Positions 8,693 through 19,484 of a DNA stretch of 64,000 nucleotides are shown here, piece by piece. Position numbers and translations under genes: made by a program. Position 1 is the first letter of the stretch, and every line of letters starts with the position of its first letter. Under the pieces are notes generated by a model. It saw only the letters and a program-made list of their open reading frames with translations. It was not told where the DNA came from and made no database searches. The stretch lies in IMG/VR virus record IMGVR_UViG_3300020473_000010, positions 186,001 to 250,000 of that record. One strand, given 5' to 3'.

Positions 8693-10543
8693 CTATAATA
8701 TTTTGGATTGTACCTCTTGTTCGGACAGTATATTAATAGATATTTTTACAGAATCTTGAGCCGCAACATCGATTAATTGGACTACGTAATCTTCTGTTAG
8801 GCCTACCTTCTCCACAGAGGGAGAATCCGGATGATAATATATATCAATATTTTCAAAAGTACTAGATGTCATTGAATCTTTATATAAATTGTTTATCATA
8901 TATAAATTTGGATATTGTTTTGGTGCTCCCTGAGGCGAAACTTGTCGATTAACCAGCCTTCCTTTTACATTGTCAAACATTACTTCAATTTGTTCCGAGT
9001 AATTACTGGAATTTCCATGGGCATCTATAGCTATTAAGGCAAAATAATATAATCTATTAGGGCGGATGATTAAATCATACTGGTATTGTTTTTTATCATA
9101 TTCTGATATGTATTCAATTGCAATGTTTTCTGGAGGTAAATCAGCTTCTGGAATAAATTTTAAATGTTTTACCAAAGTATACGGGTCATCAAGGCTTTCG
9201 CGAACAAATATCTGAACTCCTCCTAAATCATCTTGAATTAACGCATTTCCTGCTGGTCCGGTTACTTCTCCAAAATTATATTTCCAGGTTAAAGAAATAA
9301 AGTTTTTATTTAGTTTAGCTTTTAGGTTTGACGGAGGTTGTGGAACAACCAATTCAGTAGTTGGGAGAGTGATTCTTTGGTATTTTTCAGAATATAATAT
9401 TGAAGCTCCTTTTACTTCGTTGTACCCGTATGTTAGGCCTAAATCACCTGCGCTCATAGCGGGAACCAAGCTGTAAATAACAAGAGCAGCTGAATGGATA
9501 AAAAATTGATATTCTGTTCCGTAAAGTATTTTGTTATCTTCAATAGTAGAAATATCTGTAAGACCTGATGGAGTAATGTAAGCCGACACAAATCTTAAAT
9601 CTGTTTCATTTAATTTTTCATATTTTAATATAAGATATCCTAAGAAATAAGTTCCAGTATCGTGTGTTTCAGGCCAAACACCTGGTTGCAAAGTATATGT
9701 ATTGAGAGCCCCTTTAGGAACATATAGGCTGCTCCAATTATTTATATTTTGGGGATCAGTCCATTTTGATAGTAGCTCAAACTCATCAGCATCTATTGTC
9801 CCCGGGGCATGCGTTGCCCTAGATTCTATTTGGGTGTTTTCGAAATCTTCCTGTATTTTTTTTAATTGATCATGATACGGACTGCTACCATTACTAATAC
9901 TCGCGCGAACTATTGAAGAACAAAAATCTGTAGCTAATGTATTCGTCATTGAAAGATCTGGTACTTCGTTAATACTTGATTTTATCGGCTGACCTGTACT
10001 GGGCTCAACAAGAGGCACCATATCTGGAGATGTCGATGCAGCTTCAACTATTGTTTCTGCCAAAGAATCTGTTGTTTCTGAAGAAATAACGTTTGAAATC
10101 TGAGCTTGAAAAATATCTATTTTTTCGGCAGCATATGAATTACTTTGGTGTAAAATTTGAAGTTCCTGATCAGAAGGATCAAAATCAAGTCTAATATAAC
10201 CGTTTTTTTGTATGTCATATTCAGATAATATATTAGATCCTATAACTATTTTTTGTTCTAATACATTATCCATCCAGTTTGTAAATTCAGTAAAATCGAT
10301 TTGTCCATCAAAATGATGGGCTTTGGGCGGCTGTATAGTAAATCTAATTGACCTTGCTCCGCCTATTAAATTGATTTCTCTTTCAGATTGATTACCTAAA
10401 TATGCAGCTGATTCATCCCACTTTTCTGTTGGTTCGAAATATCTATAAATAAACCGGCCTTCTGTCTCTCCCGGGATCGGTAATTCACATATAAAATATG
10501 CTTTAGAGGGAAACAAATCAGAAACTTCATATGCTAGTGGCAT
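8693..10543 (-). CDS. Putative structural protein with fibronectin type III-like domain(s) (616 aa)
   Basis: PQPPSNLKAKL...ISLTWK...YYFALIAIDAHGNSSNYS is an FN3-like pattern; GGAG SD upstream. Confidence 0.6.
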   Translation of the reverse strand: MPLAYEVSDLFPSKAYFICELPIPGETEGRFIYRYFEPTEKWDESAAYLGNQSEREINLIGGARSIRFTIQPPKAHHFDGQIDFTEFTNWMDNVLEQKIVIGSNILSEYDIQKNGYIRLDFDPSDQELQILHQSNSYAAEKIDIFQAQISNVISSETTDSLAETIVEAASTSPDMVPLVEPSTGQPIKSSINEVPDLSMTNTLATDFCSSIVRASISNGSSPYHDQLKKIQEDFENTQIESRATHAPGTIDADEFELLSKWTDPQNINNWSSLYVPKGALNTYTLQPGVWPETHDTGTYFLGYLILKYEKLNETDLRFVSAYITPSGLTDISTIEDNKILYGTEYQFFIHSAALVIYSLVPAMSAGDLGLTYGYNEVKGASILYSEKYQRITLPTTELVVPQPPSNLKAKLNKNFISLTWKYNFGEVTGPAGNALIQDDLGGVQIFVRESLDDPYTLVKHLKFIPEADLPPENIAIEYISEYDKKQYQYDLIIRPNRLYYFALIAIDAHGNSSNYSEQIEVMFDNVKGRLVNRQVSPQGAPKQYPNLYMINNLYKDSMTSSTFENIDIYYHPDSPSVEKVGLTEDYVVQLIDVAAQDSVKISINILSEQEVQSKIL

Positions 10544-10580
10544 TTTTTATACTCCAAAAATAAAATATTGTACATTATAT

Positions 10581-13500
10581 TTACGCAGGCGTTGACGACT
10601 GGCCACCTGCTGTTAATATATTATATGTAATTACACCTATTAGGTTTCCGTCATATTTTGGTTTTAACATAAGAATTGCAGAACGACTGTGAGACCTTGA
10701 AATTGGGATGCTAGTATCTTCTAAACCAGGATGCTGAGAGGAACCGAAAGGGTTTCCTATTCTAATTGTTGGGTATCCTACCCATAATTTGTAACCTGTG
10801 TCCCATGGGATAAATTTTGTTGTAAAAACTTCTGAGTTATCACTATCAAAATCCTGGTATCTAAAAGACGAGCTGGATTCTGAAACGATATATATCTCCC
10901 AATCTTCCGAATCTTTAAAATGTTCATATATATCGATAGCTTTGTATGTAGTACTGACACCGGTAGCCCCATTTAGATTGGGGAAAAAATAGAAAACCCA
11001 ATTATGGGTCCCTTCTAGAAAATGGAAAACCCTGTCAAAAACTTTTGGTGATGCAACTTTTCCTATAGCGGTATCTGGAATTATCATTGATGATAATGAA
11101 TAATCTGAATCAACTTCTATGATTGGTTTTCTTTCGTTAAAATCACCTTTAACCCACGGAAAGGTTGAATCATCATTTTCAACAGCCTCCGGAGAATACA
11201 CGTGGTTTTGTATTTCGTCATCTACTAAAAACGTTTCTTCCTCAAGTGTTAGTCCTCCATAATACTCATGATATGCTTTGCAAAGAAAATCCTGGATATG
11301 ATTATAGGCTATAAATTTTGCTAATTCTTCTGGAGTGCAGTCGTCTGCTGTTCCATCTAGCCACCCTATAAAAGCTTCATCTAAATATCCAAGGCCGGAT
11401 CCTCCTGGGGCATTACCGCTTGGGATTTGCGCAAATAATCCGGTATCAATATCATTTCGAACTAGTTCTATTAGTGAATCTGTTCCATCTATAGATCCAT
11501 CATAACTAAGTTTTTTAATTTCGTTATCATCAATTAAAGTAAATTTAATTTTTGGAATTAGTAATTTTTCCAAAACAGCATTAGAACTTGAAATTGCTTG
11601 GTCCCAAGCGTAGCTACCAGCGGTTGTTTGATCAGAAAATAAAGTGTCTGTTTTTTCTGTTAATTCGTTAGCAATTAGCGGGTTCCATAGTTGGTCTGGT
11701 AAATCATCTGGCATAATAAATAGACGAGTGTTGTATATTCTAGGAGATTTAATTAAATTTATAGGTTGTGGTGCTGTAATTTCATCAGTTATATCCCCAT
11801 AAGTAATTACATAAGGATTTGCTTGTCCTATCATTTTTGTTGGAATTCCAAGAGTGACGATCTTCCATGGGGAGCCGGTTCTACCTTGCCCTAAGGCAAC
11901 ATCCTTTGGGTTAACTAATTTATCTGCCCAGGTTCTTAAAATTAATGACCAATCAGAAGAAGTTATCTTAAAGTATTTTGAAGGAATATATGAAGGATAA
12001 ACTCCGACTTCGTTCATTAGGGCTTTTTTGGTTAATGTTATTTGATGGCGATCTAAATAAGAAGCATGCTGGACTGCATCTAACCCTTTAATTTCGAATA
12101 TTTTGTTCAAAGATTGAGCTAGGGCACCAATTACTGGGACATCCACTTTGAATTTTTCAAATTGGGTTCGAATATTTTCTAAATAAGACCTTAGCTGAAG
12201 CCCATTAGAAACTTGGCCACTCATAAAATTTGAACAGTAAGAACTACCAATAAGTTTCGGTTCGGCGGTTGAAAATTGAACGTCCGGATGAAATGAAATA
12301 ATCCTTCTATAAGAATTGATTTCTTGAGCTTCTTGTGCAAAATCAATATCACCAACGGAAAGCAAATATGATGCTTGAGAAAGCCCGTAATTAAAATAAC
12401 TTGTAGATTGGGCGTTTTCTGCCCCTTTGTATTTGCTTAATAATTCACCTGATTTGTTAAATACATCGGAAAAATAATCCTGAATGTCAAACCCGGCAGA
12501 AGAATCAGAAACTTCATATAGTAAAAAAGAATCGGATTTTTCTACAGACTTATTTACATTCATCCATGTTCTGCTTATTCTTTTAAAACACCACGGTGTT
12601 AGAGAGGTTTGGCAATATTCAGGAAGAGATTCTCCATTTGAGAAATATAATCCGCATCGTTGATGAACTGGTGCCCAAAGTGCCGAACATTCTCTTTTGT
12701 GTATTTCTACCCATGTATTGTAATTTGCGTATTGATTAATAGAGCGCCAACTATGTTGCCCTAAACAATTCGTGGATTTATTGAAGTCGTTAGGTGTAAC
12801 TCGAGGTTTGGTTCTATCCAAAGAAAAAGAACCATTTCCAGATAGGTTGATTTCAAATGCGGAATAGTCACCTTGGCTGTTAAACTCTTCTTTTGCAATT
12901 CTACATAAATAAGAAAGTACTTCACCATACCATGCATATCGTTGATCGCCTAACAAGGCTTCAAAATCGGCAATATTATCGCAGTTTTCGGTTAAGATTC
13001 CGTATTTTGAAGAGACGTCTTTGAATGTTTTAACAACATTTAAAGTAAATTCCTGTGCTAGTTTTCTAAGCAAGCTAACCGTTGTATAATATATTCTTGC
13101 CGGTGCAAAATTAGTTTGAATATTCCATTCATTAAACCCACATGCATGTCGGTCGTCAGAGTTTAAATTAGAATAATTCCAAAAATTTTGATACTCATCG
13201 TAGCTCTCCCCCGCGTCGGCATAGGATGGAAGTTTTTCATAATTGTCATAATCATAAACAATATAAAGAGGGTCGTTTTGGTTACTAGCGGGGCCTCCCA
13301 ACTTCCAAGCCGCATTCCGTCCCTGCCAAAGATACTGGTTGCAATCTTCTTCTTTATTATAAACCTCGCAGCTTAGATATGCAAGGTGATATGGTGAATA
13401 GAAAAACGCTAATTGGTGGGGATAATCAAAGTCAGTCTCCGTATAGGCTCGCTGGTACTTGTCGTTGGAGGTAAAGATAGTATCAGCTGATAATCGGGAT

Positions 13501-16500
13501 GAATTAACTGCTGCACCATAAAAATAATGGGTTTGATTAGGAGCATACATGGCCTGTTTCGATTGGTTAGCCCATGGGGCAACTAAATTTTTCCACGGGG
13601 AGCCAGTAGTCATTATCTTGGTTCCAAATTGGGTATTCATATCAATAAATTGGGATAATTGTGGATTAACATTATCATATCTCATTCCAGTCTTATCGTT
13701 ATCTTGAAAATATAAATCCGGACCAGCTAAATAATCTAGGAAAAAAGTTGTATTTGATTCTTCTTCAAATTCGCCTACAGCTCTTTGTGATGCATATGAT
13801 ATTCCCTGTGTAACACCGAAGATGTTACTCTCTGATGGCATATAATACCCTCCAGGAGAAGGAATATGGCTTTTCCACTTATTGGTTGGTCTTGTAAAAT
13901 CTAACTCACTAGCAAAAAATAATAATTTACTATTAATACAAAGCCCAGTTGTAATAAAGGCGTTTAAATTTCCAGTTTGGCCATACTCACCATGATGTGA
14001 CGAGATACTCTGCTGCATCTGGTCAGTATAGTTTGAGTCAGCCCAGTAATCTCCAAAATGGGTGACTCCTAGATGGGCGCATAGTGATGCTTCAGGTCCA
14101 GAAAGTCTCGAAAGGTTTCTCATGTTTCCTTTAGAAGGGCTCAAATCAATGTCGACATAGCCCCATGAATTTGATTGTTCACTTTCGCTCATTTGGTAAA
14201 CATCGATGCTGTGATCAGAAGAAACTCCTATATAATAGGGGATATCGCCTTCGATCCAGTTGAAGCCCTGTCTGAATCTTTGGTTAAACCATTCGGTCCA
14301 AAGCTTGGAATTGTTATTGGGAAACACATATCGGTTGTAGGCCCAGTACCAACTATCATGCCCAATTCCGTCTTCTATCATTTGTGCGTACGAATATCCC
14401 AGAGTAGCCGGTGTCAGCCACTTTGACTTTGGGCTGTTCATGTGTTCATAACTCTGATAATAATAATCTAACCAACCATTCCCTAGTGGTGTGTTAATCG
14501 ACATTGGCGATATTGCTATATTATTGTCATAGTTCTCTGTTTCGGATGTTAAGTATTTGATATACTGAGCGATATTATGCAGACATGGATAATATCCTCC
14601 AGCTACTTGTAATTGCATCCACTGCCTAACATAATCTAGCTTTCCAGTTTCTGTTGCAGATGAAGAAATATGATCATCTCCAAAAATTCTATTATGTTGC
14701 CCTAAAAATTTAATAAGAAACATAAAATCAACAGCTTTCCATTCACTGGATTTGATTGGCTCGTAAGCACTTGAAATATTTTCGTTACCAGTATCTAAAC
14801 CGTTATCCCGGAATTCCTTATTGTATGCTCTAGAAGTTGGAATAAGCCCCGGGGCGGAGGCCTGGTAGCTTGATTGATGCCTTATTTCTTGACGGTGTTG
14901 AAAGATCCTTCGGTCATTGGTCCATGCGTCCTCGTTAACACCAAAACCATCTTCATCAAAATCACTTAGAATGGTGGGATCTTCACCAACCATCCAATAG
15001 TATGAATCTTCCACCCAATTACCAAAATCGCCGGACCACATTTCTAAAATGTTGGATTGGTAGGTCATACTTTCGGCTTTGGTCGGCATGGTTGTGTCTT
15101 GAATATAACCTGTGTATTGTGAGGTACCTTTTACCGTATCGATGCAGGAATTTAAATTAGATTTATATGTATTAAGCCCTACGTTTGCTATATACATATC
15201 GTTTTCAACCAAATTAACAAAGGTCTTCAATGCGTCGTTTAATACCGAAACTGAATTTGCTTCTAGAATTTTTGCATTAGCCCTGTTTACATTCAGAGAA
15301 ACAACTTCATCCCATAATGATAAAAAATCATCTAATGGGGCAAAGTCCGCATCGTTCCCTTCTAAGATCATGCCAACATTTTTAGCAAAAAATTGAGTAA
15401 ATCCAGTTACTGTAGCCCCTGCTGTTTTTGACCCAAGAGTATTTACATAAAGCCCACCTGTTTTGTATCTTAATATATCCCCTATTTTTGACTCAACAAA
15501 ATTATCTAAGCTTGCTCCTGTTGCTAAGTCGCCTAAATCCTCCGTAATATTTGAAGTATCGCTTCTCTGTAAGGACAGCACTATAGTTGTCCATAATTTT
15601 TGACCAAGAGCGGCTGTAGAAATCTCTTCATCTCGTGAATTTATGGTTGGCATACCCTGAATATAGTCTTGCTGAACCGTGTGATGTGCAACCCAATTGG
15701 TAAGATTGGTCCATGCGGCTTGCGAATTGAATCTAGCAGGATCTATCGATGAAAGTGCCGGATATGAGGGAAGCCAACTACCAGCAGAGGATGAATCAAG
15801 CGTTCCTAATTCAAAGCTCGAGTTGGTAGGTTGAGAAACCGGTAACATCCCTACCCCTAGATCAATCAAGGCTTGGAGTGTTATAATTGCCGGATCTGTA
15901 ATATTGTACGGATTTGGAGCAGCAATAGCGCTGATAAAAGCATCCTTTTTTTCTAAAAGCTTTTCTGAATAATCTATAAAATCATTGATTAATTCTGTGT
16001 ACTCTTGAATTGTTTTTGAATATTTTTTTATTGTTTTTGCAGGAAAATTAGATATTTTTTCTATAGAACTATATAATTTGTTTAGTTTTATGGTCATGTT
16101 TATATCTAAAAGATCTTGGTCATATAACAGTTTTGATCGAGATATCATAACACAGCGGTTACCTGGTATACCGTTCTCTAAAAGCACTTCATCTGTAAAG
16201 TCGTTAACTGAAACTGGACGAAGAGCTGATGATGTTTTTATGTTTGATATAATTCCGGAAAAATCAATCTGATCAGGCTTGACGCCAGATGGGATTGAGC
16301 CTTCCGGGACAGCCCCTGTTCCAAAAACGGCGTCTTCAGCCAATATATCCCTTTTAAAAATGATGGAAGCTGTTTCGTTATTAAATTCAACCATAGCTTC
16401 ATGGCTCATGTGAACTTTAAAATAAAGAAGCGGTTCTTCCCAATGCCATTGAGGCACATCGAAATTTAAATCTAAATCTAAGTCAATTAATAATTGGTTA

Positions 16501-16610
16501 TATTCCGATGGAGAACTTAATAAATTTCTGACCAATATTTCAAATTGAGATGTATTGGTAATCAATTTAGAATTTGACGGGATATCATATGTTAAATTAA
16601 CTATTGCCAT
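10581..16610 (-). CDS. Very large hypothetical protein (2009 aa), probably virion-associated
   Basis: 6-kb uninterrupted ORF within the structural block, with a Trp/Tyr/Cys-rich central region. No family motif recognised. Confidence 0.55.
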   Translation of the reverse strand: MAIVNLTYDIPSNSKLITNTSQFEILVRNLLSSPSEYNQLLIDLDLDLNFDVPQWHWEEPLLYFKVHMSHEAMVEFNNETASIIFKRDILAEDAVFGTGAVPEGSIPSGVKPDQIDFSGIISNIKTSSALRPVSVNDFTDEVLLENGIPGNRCVMISRSKLLYDQDLLDINMTIKLNKLYSSIEKISNFPAKTIKKYSKTIQEYTELINDFIDYSEKLLEKKDAFISAIAAPNPYNITDPAIITLQALIDLGVGMLPVSQPTNSSFELGTLDSSSAGSWLPSYPALSSIDPARFNSQAAWTNLTNWVAHHTVQQDYIQGMPTINSRDEEISTAALGQKLWTTIVLSLQRSDTSNITEDLGDLATGASLDNFVESKIGDILRYKTGGLYVNTLGSKTAGATVTGFTQFFAKNVGMILEGNDADFAPLDDFLSLWDEVVSLNVNRANAKILEANSVSVLNDALKTFVNLVENDMYIANVGLNTYKSNLNSCIDTVKGTSQYTGYIQDTTMPTKAESMTYQSNILEMWSGDFGNWVEDSYYWMVGEDPTILSDFDEDGFGVNEDAWTNDRRIFQHRQEIRHQSSYQASAPGLIPTSRAYNKEFRDNGLDTGNENISSAYEPIKSSEWKAVDFMFLIKFLGQHNRIFGDDHISSSATETGKLDYVRQWMQLQVAGGYYPCLHNIAQYIKYLTSETENYDNNIAISPMSINTPLGNGWLDYYYQSYEHMNSPKSKWLTPATLGYSYAQMIEDGIGHDSWYWAYNRYVFPNNNSKLWTEWFNQRFRQGFNWIEGDIPYYIGVSSDHSIDVYQMSESEQSNSWGYVDIDLSPSKGNMRNLSRLSGPEASLCAHLGVTHFGDYWADSNYTDQMQQSISSHHGEYGQTGNLNAFITTGLCINSKLLFFASELDFTRPTNKWKSHIPSPGGYYMPSESNIFGVTQGISYASQRAVGEFEEESNTTFFLDYLAGPDLYFQDNDKTGMRYDNVNPQLSQFIDMNTQFGTKIMTTGSPWKNLVAPWANQSKQAMYAPNQTHYFYGAAVNSSRLSADTIFTSNDKYQRAYTETDFDYPHQLAFFYSPYHLAYLSCEVYNKEEDCNQYLWQGRNAAWKLGGPASNQNDPLYIVYDYDNYEKLPSYADAGESYDEYQNFWNYSNLNSDDRHACGFNEWNIQTNFAPARIYYTTVSLLRKLAQEFTLNVVKTFKDVSSKYGILTENCDNIADFEALLGDQRYAWYGEVLSYLCRIAKEEFNSQGDYSAFEINLSGNGSFSLDRTKPRVTPNDFNKSTNCLGQHSWRSINQYANYNTWVEIHKRECSALWAPVHQRCGLYFSNGESLPEYCQTSLTPWCFKRISRTWMNVNKSVEKSDSFLLYEVSDSSAGFDIQDYFSDVFNKSGELLSKYKGAENAQSTSYFNYGLSQASYLLSVGDIDFAQEAQEINSYRRIISFHPDVQFSTAEPKLIGSSYCSNFMSGQVSNGLQLRSYLENIRTQFEKFKVDVPVIGALAQSLNKIFEIKGLDAVQHASYLDRHQITLTKKALMNEVGVYPSYIPSKYFKITSSDWSLILRTWADKLVNPKDVALGQGRTGSPWKIVTLGIPTKMIGQANPYVITYGDITDEITAPQPINLIKSPRIYNTRLFIMPDDLPDQLWNPLIANELTEKTDTLFSDQTTAGSYAWDQAISSSNAVLEKLLIPKIKFTLIDDNEIKKLSYDGSIDGTDSLIELVRNDIDTGLFAQIPSGNAPGGSGLGYLDEAFIGWLDGTADDCTPEELAKFIAYNHIQDFLCKAYHEYYGGLTLEEETFLVDDEIQNHVYSPEAVENDDSTFPWVKGDFNERKPIIEVDSDYSLSSMIIPDTAIGKVASPKVFDRVFHFLEGTHNWVFYFFPNLNGATGVSTTYKAIDIYEHFKDSEDWEIYIVSESSSSFRYQDFDSDNSEVFTTKFIPWDTGYKLWVGYPTIRIGNPFGSSQHPGLEDTSIPISRSHSRSAILMLKPKYDGNLIGVITYNILTAGGQSSTPA

Positions 16611-16637
16611 TTTAGTTTCCTGTTTTTAATATCGAAA

Positions 16638-19484
16638 TTACCATGAAACCGATTGGTTGTCATCTTCTTCGCTCTCTTCATCGTCATCATCATTCTCATT
16701 ATTTGTGCTAGAATTATTATCGTCATTATCGTCATTGTCTTCGTCGTTATCACTGTATTGATCCGTTGAAGCCCCAACTAGATTTGCTGTTTCTGCTAAT
16801 TTACTAGTAAGTTGTTGATACCATTGTGAATTATTTAAAGCATCTACCATATCCTGATATTCTTCAGCTTCTTTTTGAGCTATTTCTTCATCGGACATCC
16901 AGCCCTCCGGAGTAGTATTTGGCATTGAATCTACATCATAAACCAACTCAGTAGGAATACCTACATGGAATTCTTTTGCTGCTATTACATAGTTTGTTGG
17001 CATATACCAATTGTCGACACTGGGATTACCTTCTGATTCTTTCCAACCAAAGATTTTTATTACATATTCTATTCTTGTGTCTGGCCAATATTCCGGGAGA
17101 CCATAAGAATTTGTGACATCTTCTTGGGATTCAAGCAAGTGTAAATAATGGTGCCAACGAAAGATGGTTGGTGAAAGCCAGTCTGCAATATATATGTCCT
17201 TTTCTGTAATTGCAAATTTTCCTATTAAAATTTCATTAGCTGGGATTTGCTGACCAAGTGAATGATGAAAACCACCGGAAGAAGAATTGTTAGGAGGGCA
17301 TCTCACAGTTACAATCCCATATGATCCTGTTTGTTTTAAATAATCTGAAAGATGGATATTCATTGTTACATACTTCATTAGAAACAATTTGTCGATTGTA
17401 ACTAACTCATATTCTCTTCTTTTAAATCCATCATCGTGTATTGCAACTCGAGGATTTACTGCGTCTCTCCCTGAACTTTTTCTTTGTTTTGGTTTCCATT
17501 TAATATCTAATCTACCATCAGTAATCCCGGAAACCATATAGAAATCTTTTACATTTTCAGTGACAATAATTTCGTCATCGTATGTTAAAGCTGGCGTATC
17601 TTCAAATTCTCTTATTAGATCAAAAGTATCTGAGCTCATAGCATAACGGTTTATATTCTGGAGGGCTGATTGTTGGTCTATTAAATCGGGTGCTTCCTCT
17701 CCGGCCATTACAGCTGGGTGATGTTCATACCATGGATATCTAATTCTTTTTACTTTACGGGGTATTAAACCTAGATGATCTACATGGAGTGGTAGAAAAT
17801 TAGGGTTTTCAACCCATGCTCCGTCGACGCCATACCGGTAACCAAATTCGGCCGCAAGTGAAACTTTTGAAAGCCGAAAATTAATTCTGCTCATTCCTGA
17901 GCCTCTAGTTGATACTCTTCGGTATTTTGTTCCTGCTAAAGTGTTTGTTGAAGAATTCCATGTTCCTTTTGCGCCATCAGGACCAAATTGTTCATATCCA
18001 CCGGTCAATTCTAGAAGTTGATATCCTCCAGAGGTATCAAGATATCCATTCAATAAAATTCTTTGATTGCTAATTAAAATTTCATCATGAAATTCTTTTA
18101 CATGCAAAAAATATAGTAACGTTGAATTATTAGCCCAAGTTGATTTTGTATCTTCCCAAAAGGGATATCCTTCTTCGTTTATTGCTGTTAAATCTAGCTG
18201 ATGAGGGCTTTTGGACGCAATAAAAAAATCATCTAGATTATTAAAGTCAATAGTAATAAATTGATCATCATCATTAACTATATTCATTTTTTGCATTAAA
18301 GGAGGGCCATAAATTCTTCTATCTAAGTGAGTTGTTTGAGAAAATGACTGTCTTTCATGTTCTTTACCAAACTTTAATTGGGTATTAATAAAATTTAATT
18401 GGTACCAACTGTAATCTGTCTGTATTGTTTCTTGATAATACTTTTGCCCTGGTATTGTTGATATTTTTTTAATTACTTGAAGGCCATTGGGTTCACAAAT
18501 TTCAATTTTATCTGGGATTGTATCTGTATCAAAATAAATATAAAAATTATGATATCCAGGAATCTGTGTAGATTTTGAATCTTTATACAGTTGCATATTG
18601 CTGTTAAACTCTGTCTCTACTCTCCAGTTATACGAATAAGGACTATCTTTATAGATAAACTGTTTTTGATGATCAAAATATCCGATTTCTTTATTGTGTT
18701 TATGGTTCGATAGAATATAAACTTGACCGCCCATGGGTTCAGTCCGGGCTGGAGAATATCTGTCGTTGAGAGAAACTGTAAATCTATTTCCGATATCATC
18801 TATGTTATAATAATTTCTGCAATACAAATTTGGTATTACGTCTGGTGAGTCATCAACATAATTTATGTGATGAAATGGATTTTCTACACTTACTGATAAT
18901 AATATATTTTGATCATCTCCATCCTTTGAATTCATATATGGAATATCTTTAAAATAATCTTCATCAAAAATATATAATTCTAAAAAATCATCGGTTTCAG
19001 CTACTCCACCAATACCTGTAGTGCCATCAACAATATTAAATGGGCCTAGGCCTTGCTCATCAATCCAAGTTTCGTACCACGGAGAAGGAATCCAGTATGT
19101 TTCGAAATTATATTGAGCTCTATTAAAATAATACTTGTCTAATTCAGATAATTCATCATAATGCTGATAAGACTGAGGTAATTGGTCATCAACGAATTCG
19201 GATGGCTGTTGCAATCCAGGGGCACTATTCCACGGTACCCTTTCTAGCAACCCGATATTTGAAGCATCGAAAACCTCTAATAAACCCATGGATTGTTCCG
19301 CGGAAAAGCTTAGGGCCTGAATCTCTCCGTTGTTTCTTACGGAATTTAAAAAATCCCTAGCATTGGATCCATCAACCGCATGGGGTTCTTCTATTACAAT
19401 TGTAGTATCTTTTTTTCCCGTTATTGCCAGAGACTTATTGTTTGGCAATTTTAATATTACTGATTTTCCAGCTGGAGTTGGCAT
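16638..19484 (-). CDS. Hypothetical protein (948 aa) with an acidic low-complexity C-terminal tail
   Basis: Long ORF, TAATG-coupled to the upstream gene; ends DNDEDNDDNDDNNSSTNNENDDDDEESEEDDNQSVSW. Confidence 0.55.
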   Translation of the reverse strand: MPTPAGKSVILKLPNNKSLAITGKKDTTIVIEEPHAVDGSNARDFLNSVRNNGEIQALSFSAEQSMGLLEVFDASNIGLLERVPWNSAPGLQQPSEFVDDQLPQSYQHYDELSELDKYYFNRAQYNFETYWIPSPWYETWIDEQGLGPFNIVDGTTGIGGVAETDDFLELYIFDEDYFKDIPYMNSKDGDDQNILLSVSVENPFHHINYVDDSPDVIPNLYCRNYYNIDDIGNRFTVSLNDRYSPARTEPMGGQVYILSNHKHNKEIGYFDHQKQFIYKDSPYSYNWRVETEFNSNMQLYKDSKSTQIPGYHNFYIYFDTDTIPDKIEICEPNGLQVIKKISTIPGQKYYQETIQTDYSWYQLNFINTQLKFGKEHERQSFSQTTHLDRRIYGPPLMQKMNIVNDDDQFITIDFNNLDDFFIASKSPHQLDLTAINEEGYPFWEDTKSTWANNSTLLYFLHVKEFHDEILISNQRILLNGYLDTSGGYQLLELTGGYEQFGPDGAKGTWNSSTNTLAGTKYRRVSTRGSGMSRINFRLSKVSLAAEFGYRYGVDGAWVENPNFLPLHVDHLGLIPRKVKRIRYPWYEHHPAVMAGEEAPDLIDQQSALQNINRYAMSSDTFDLIREFEDTPALTYDDEIIVTENVKDFYMVSGITDGRLDIKWKPKQRKSSGRDAVNPRVAIHDDGFKRREYELVTIDKLFLMKYVTMNIHLSDYLKQTGSYGIVTVRCPPNNSSSGGFHHSLGQQIPANEILIGKFAITEKDIYIADWLSPTIFRWHHYLHLLESQEDVTNSYGLPEYWPDTRIEYVIKIFGWKESEGNPSVDNWYMPTNYVIAAKEFHVGIPTELVYDVDSMPNTTPEGWMSDEEIAQKEAEEYQDMVDALNNSQWYQQLTSKLAETANLVGASTDQYSDNDEDNDDNDDNNSSTNNENDDDDEESEEDDNQSVSW

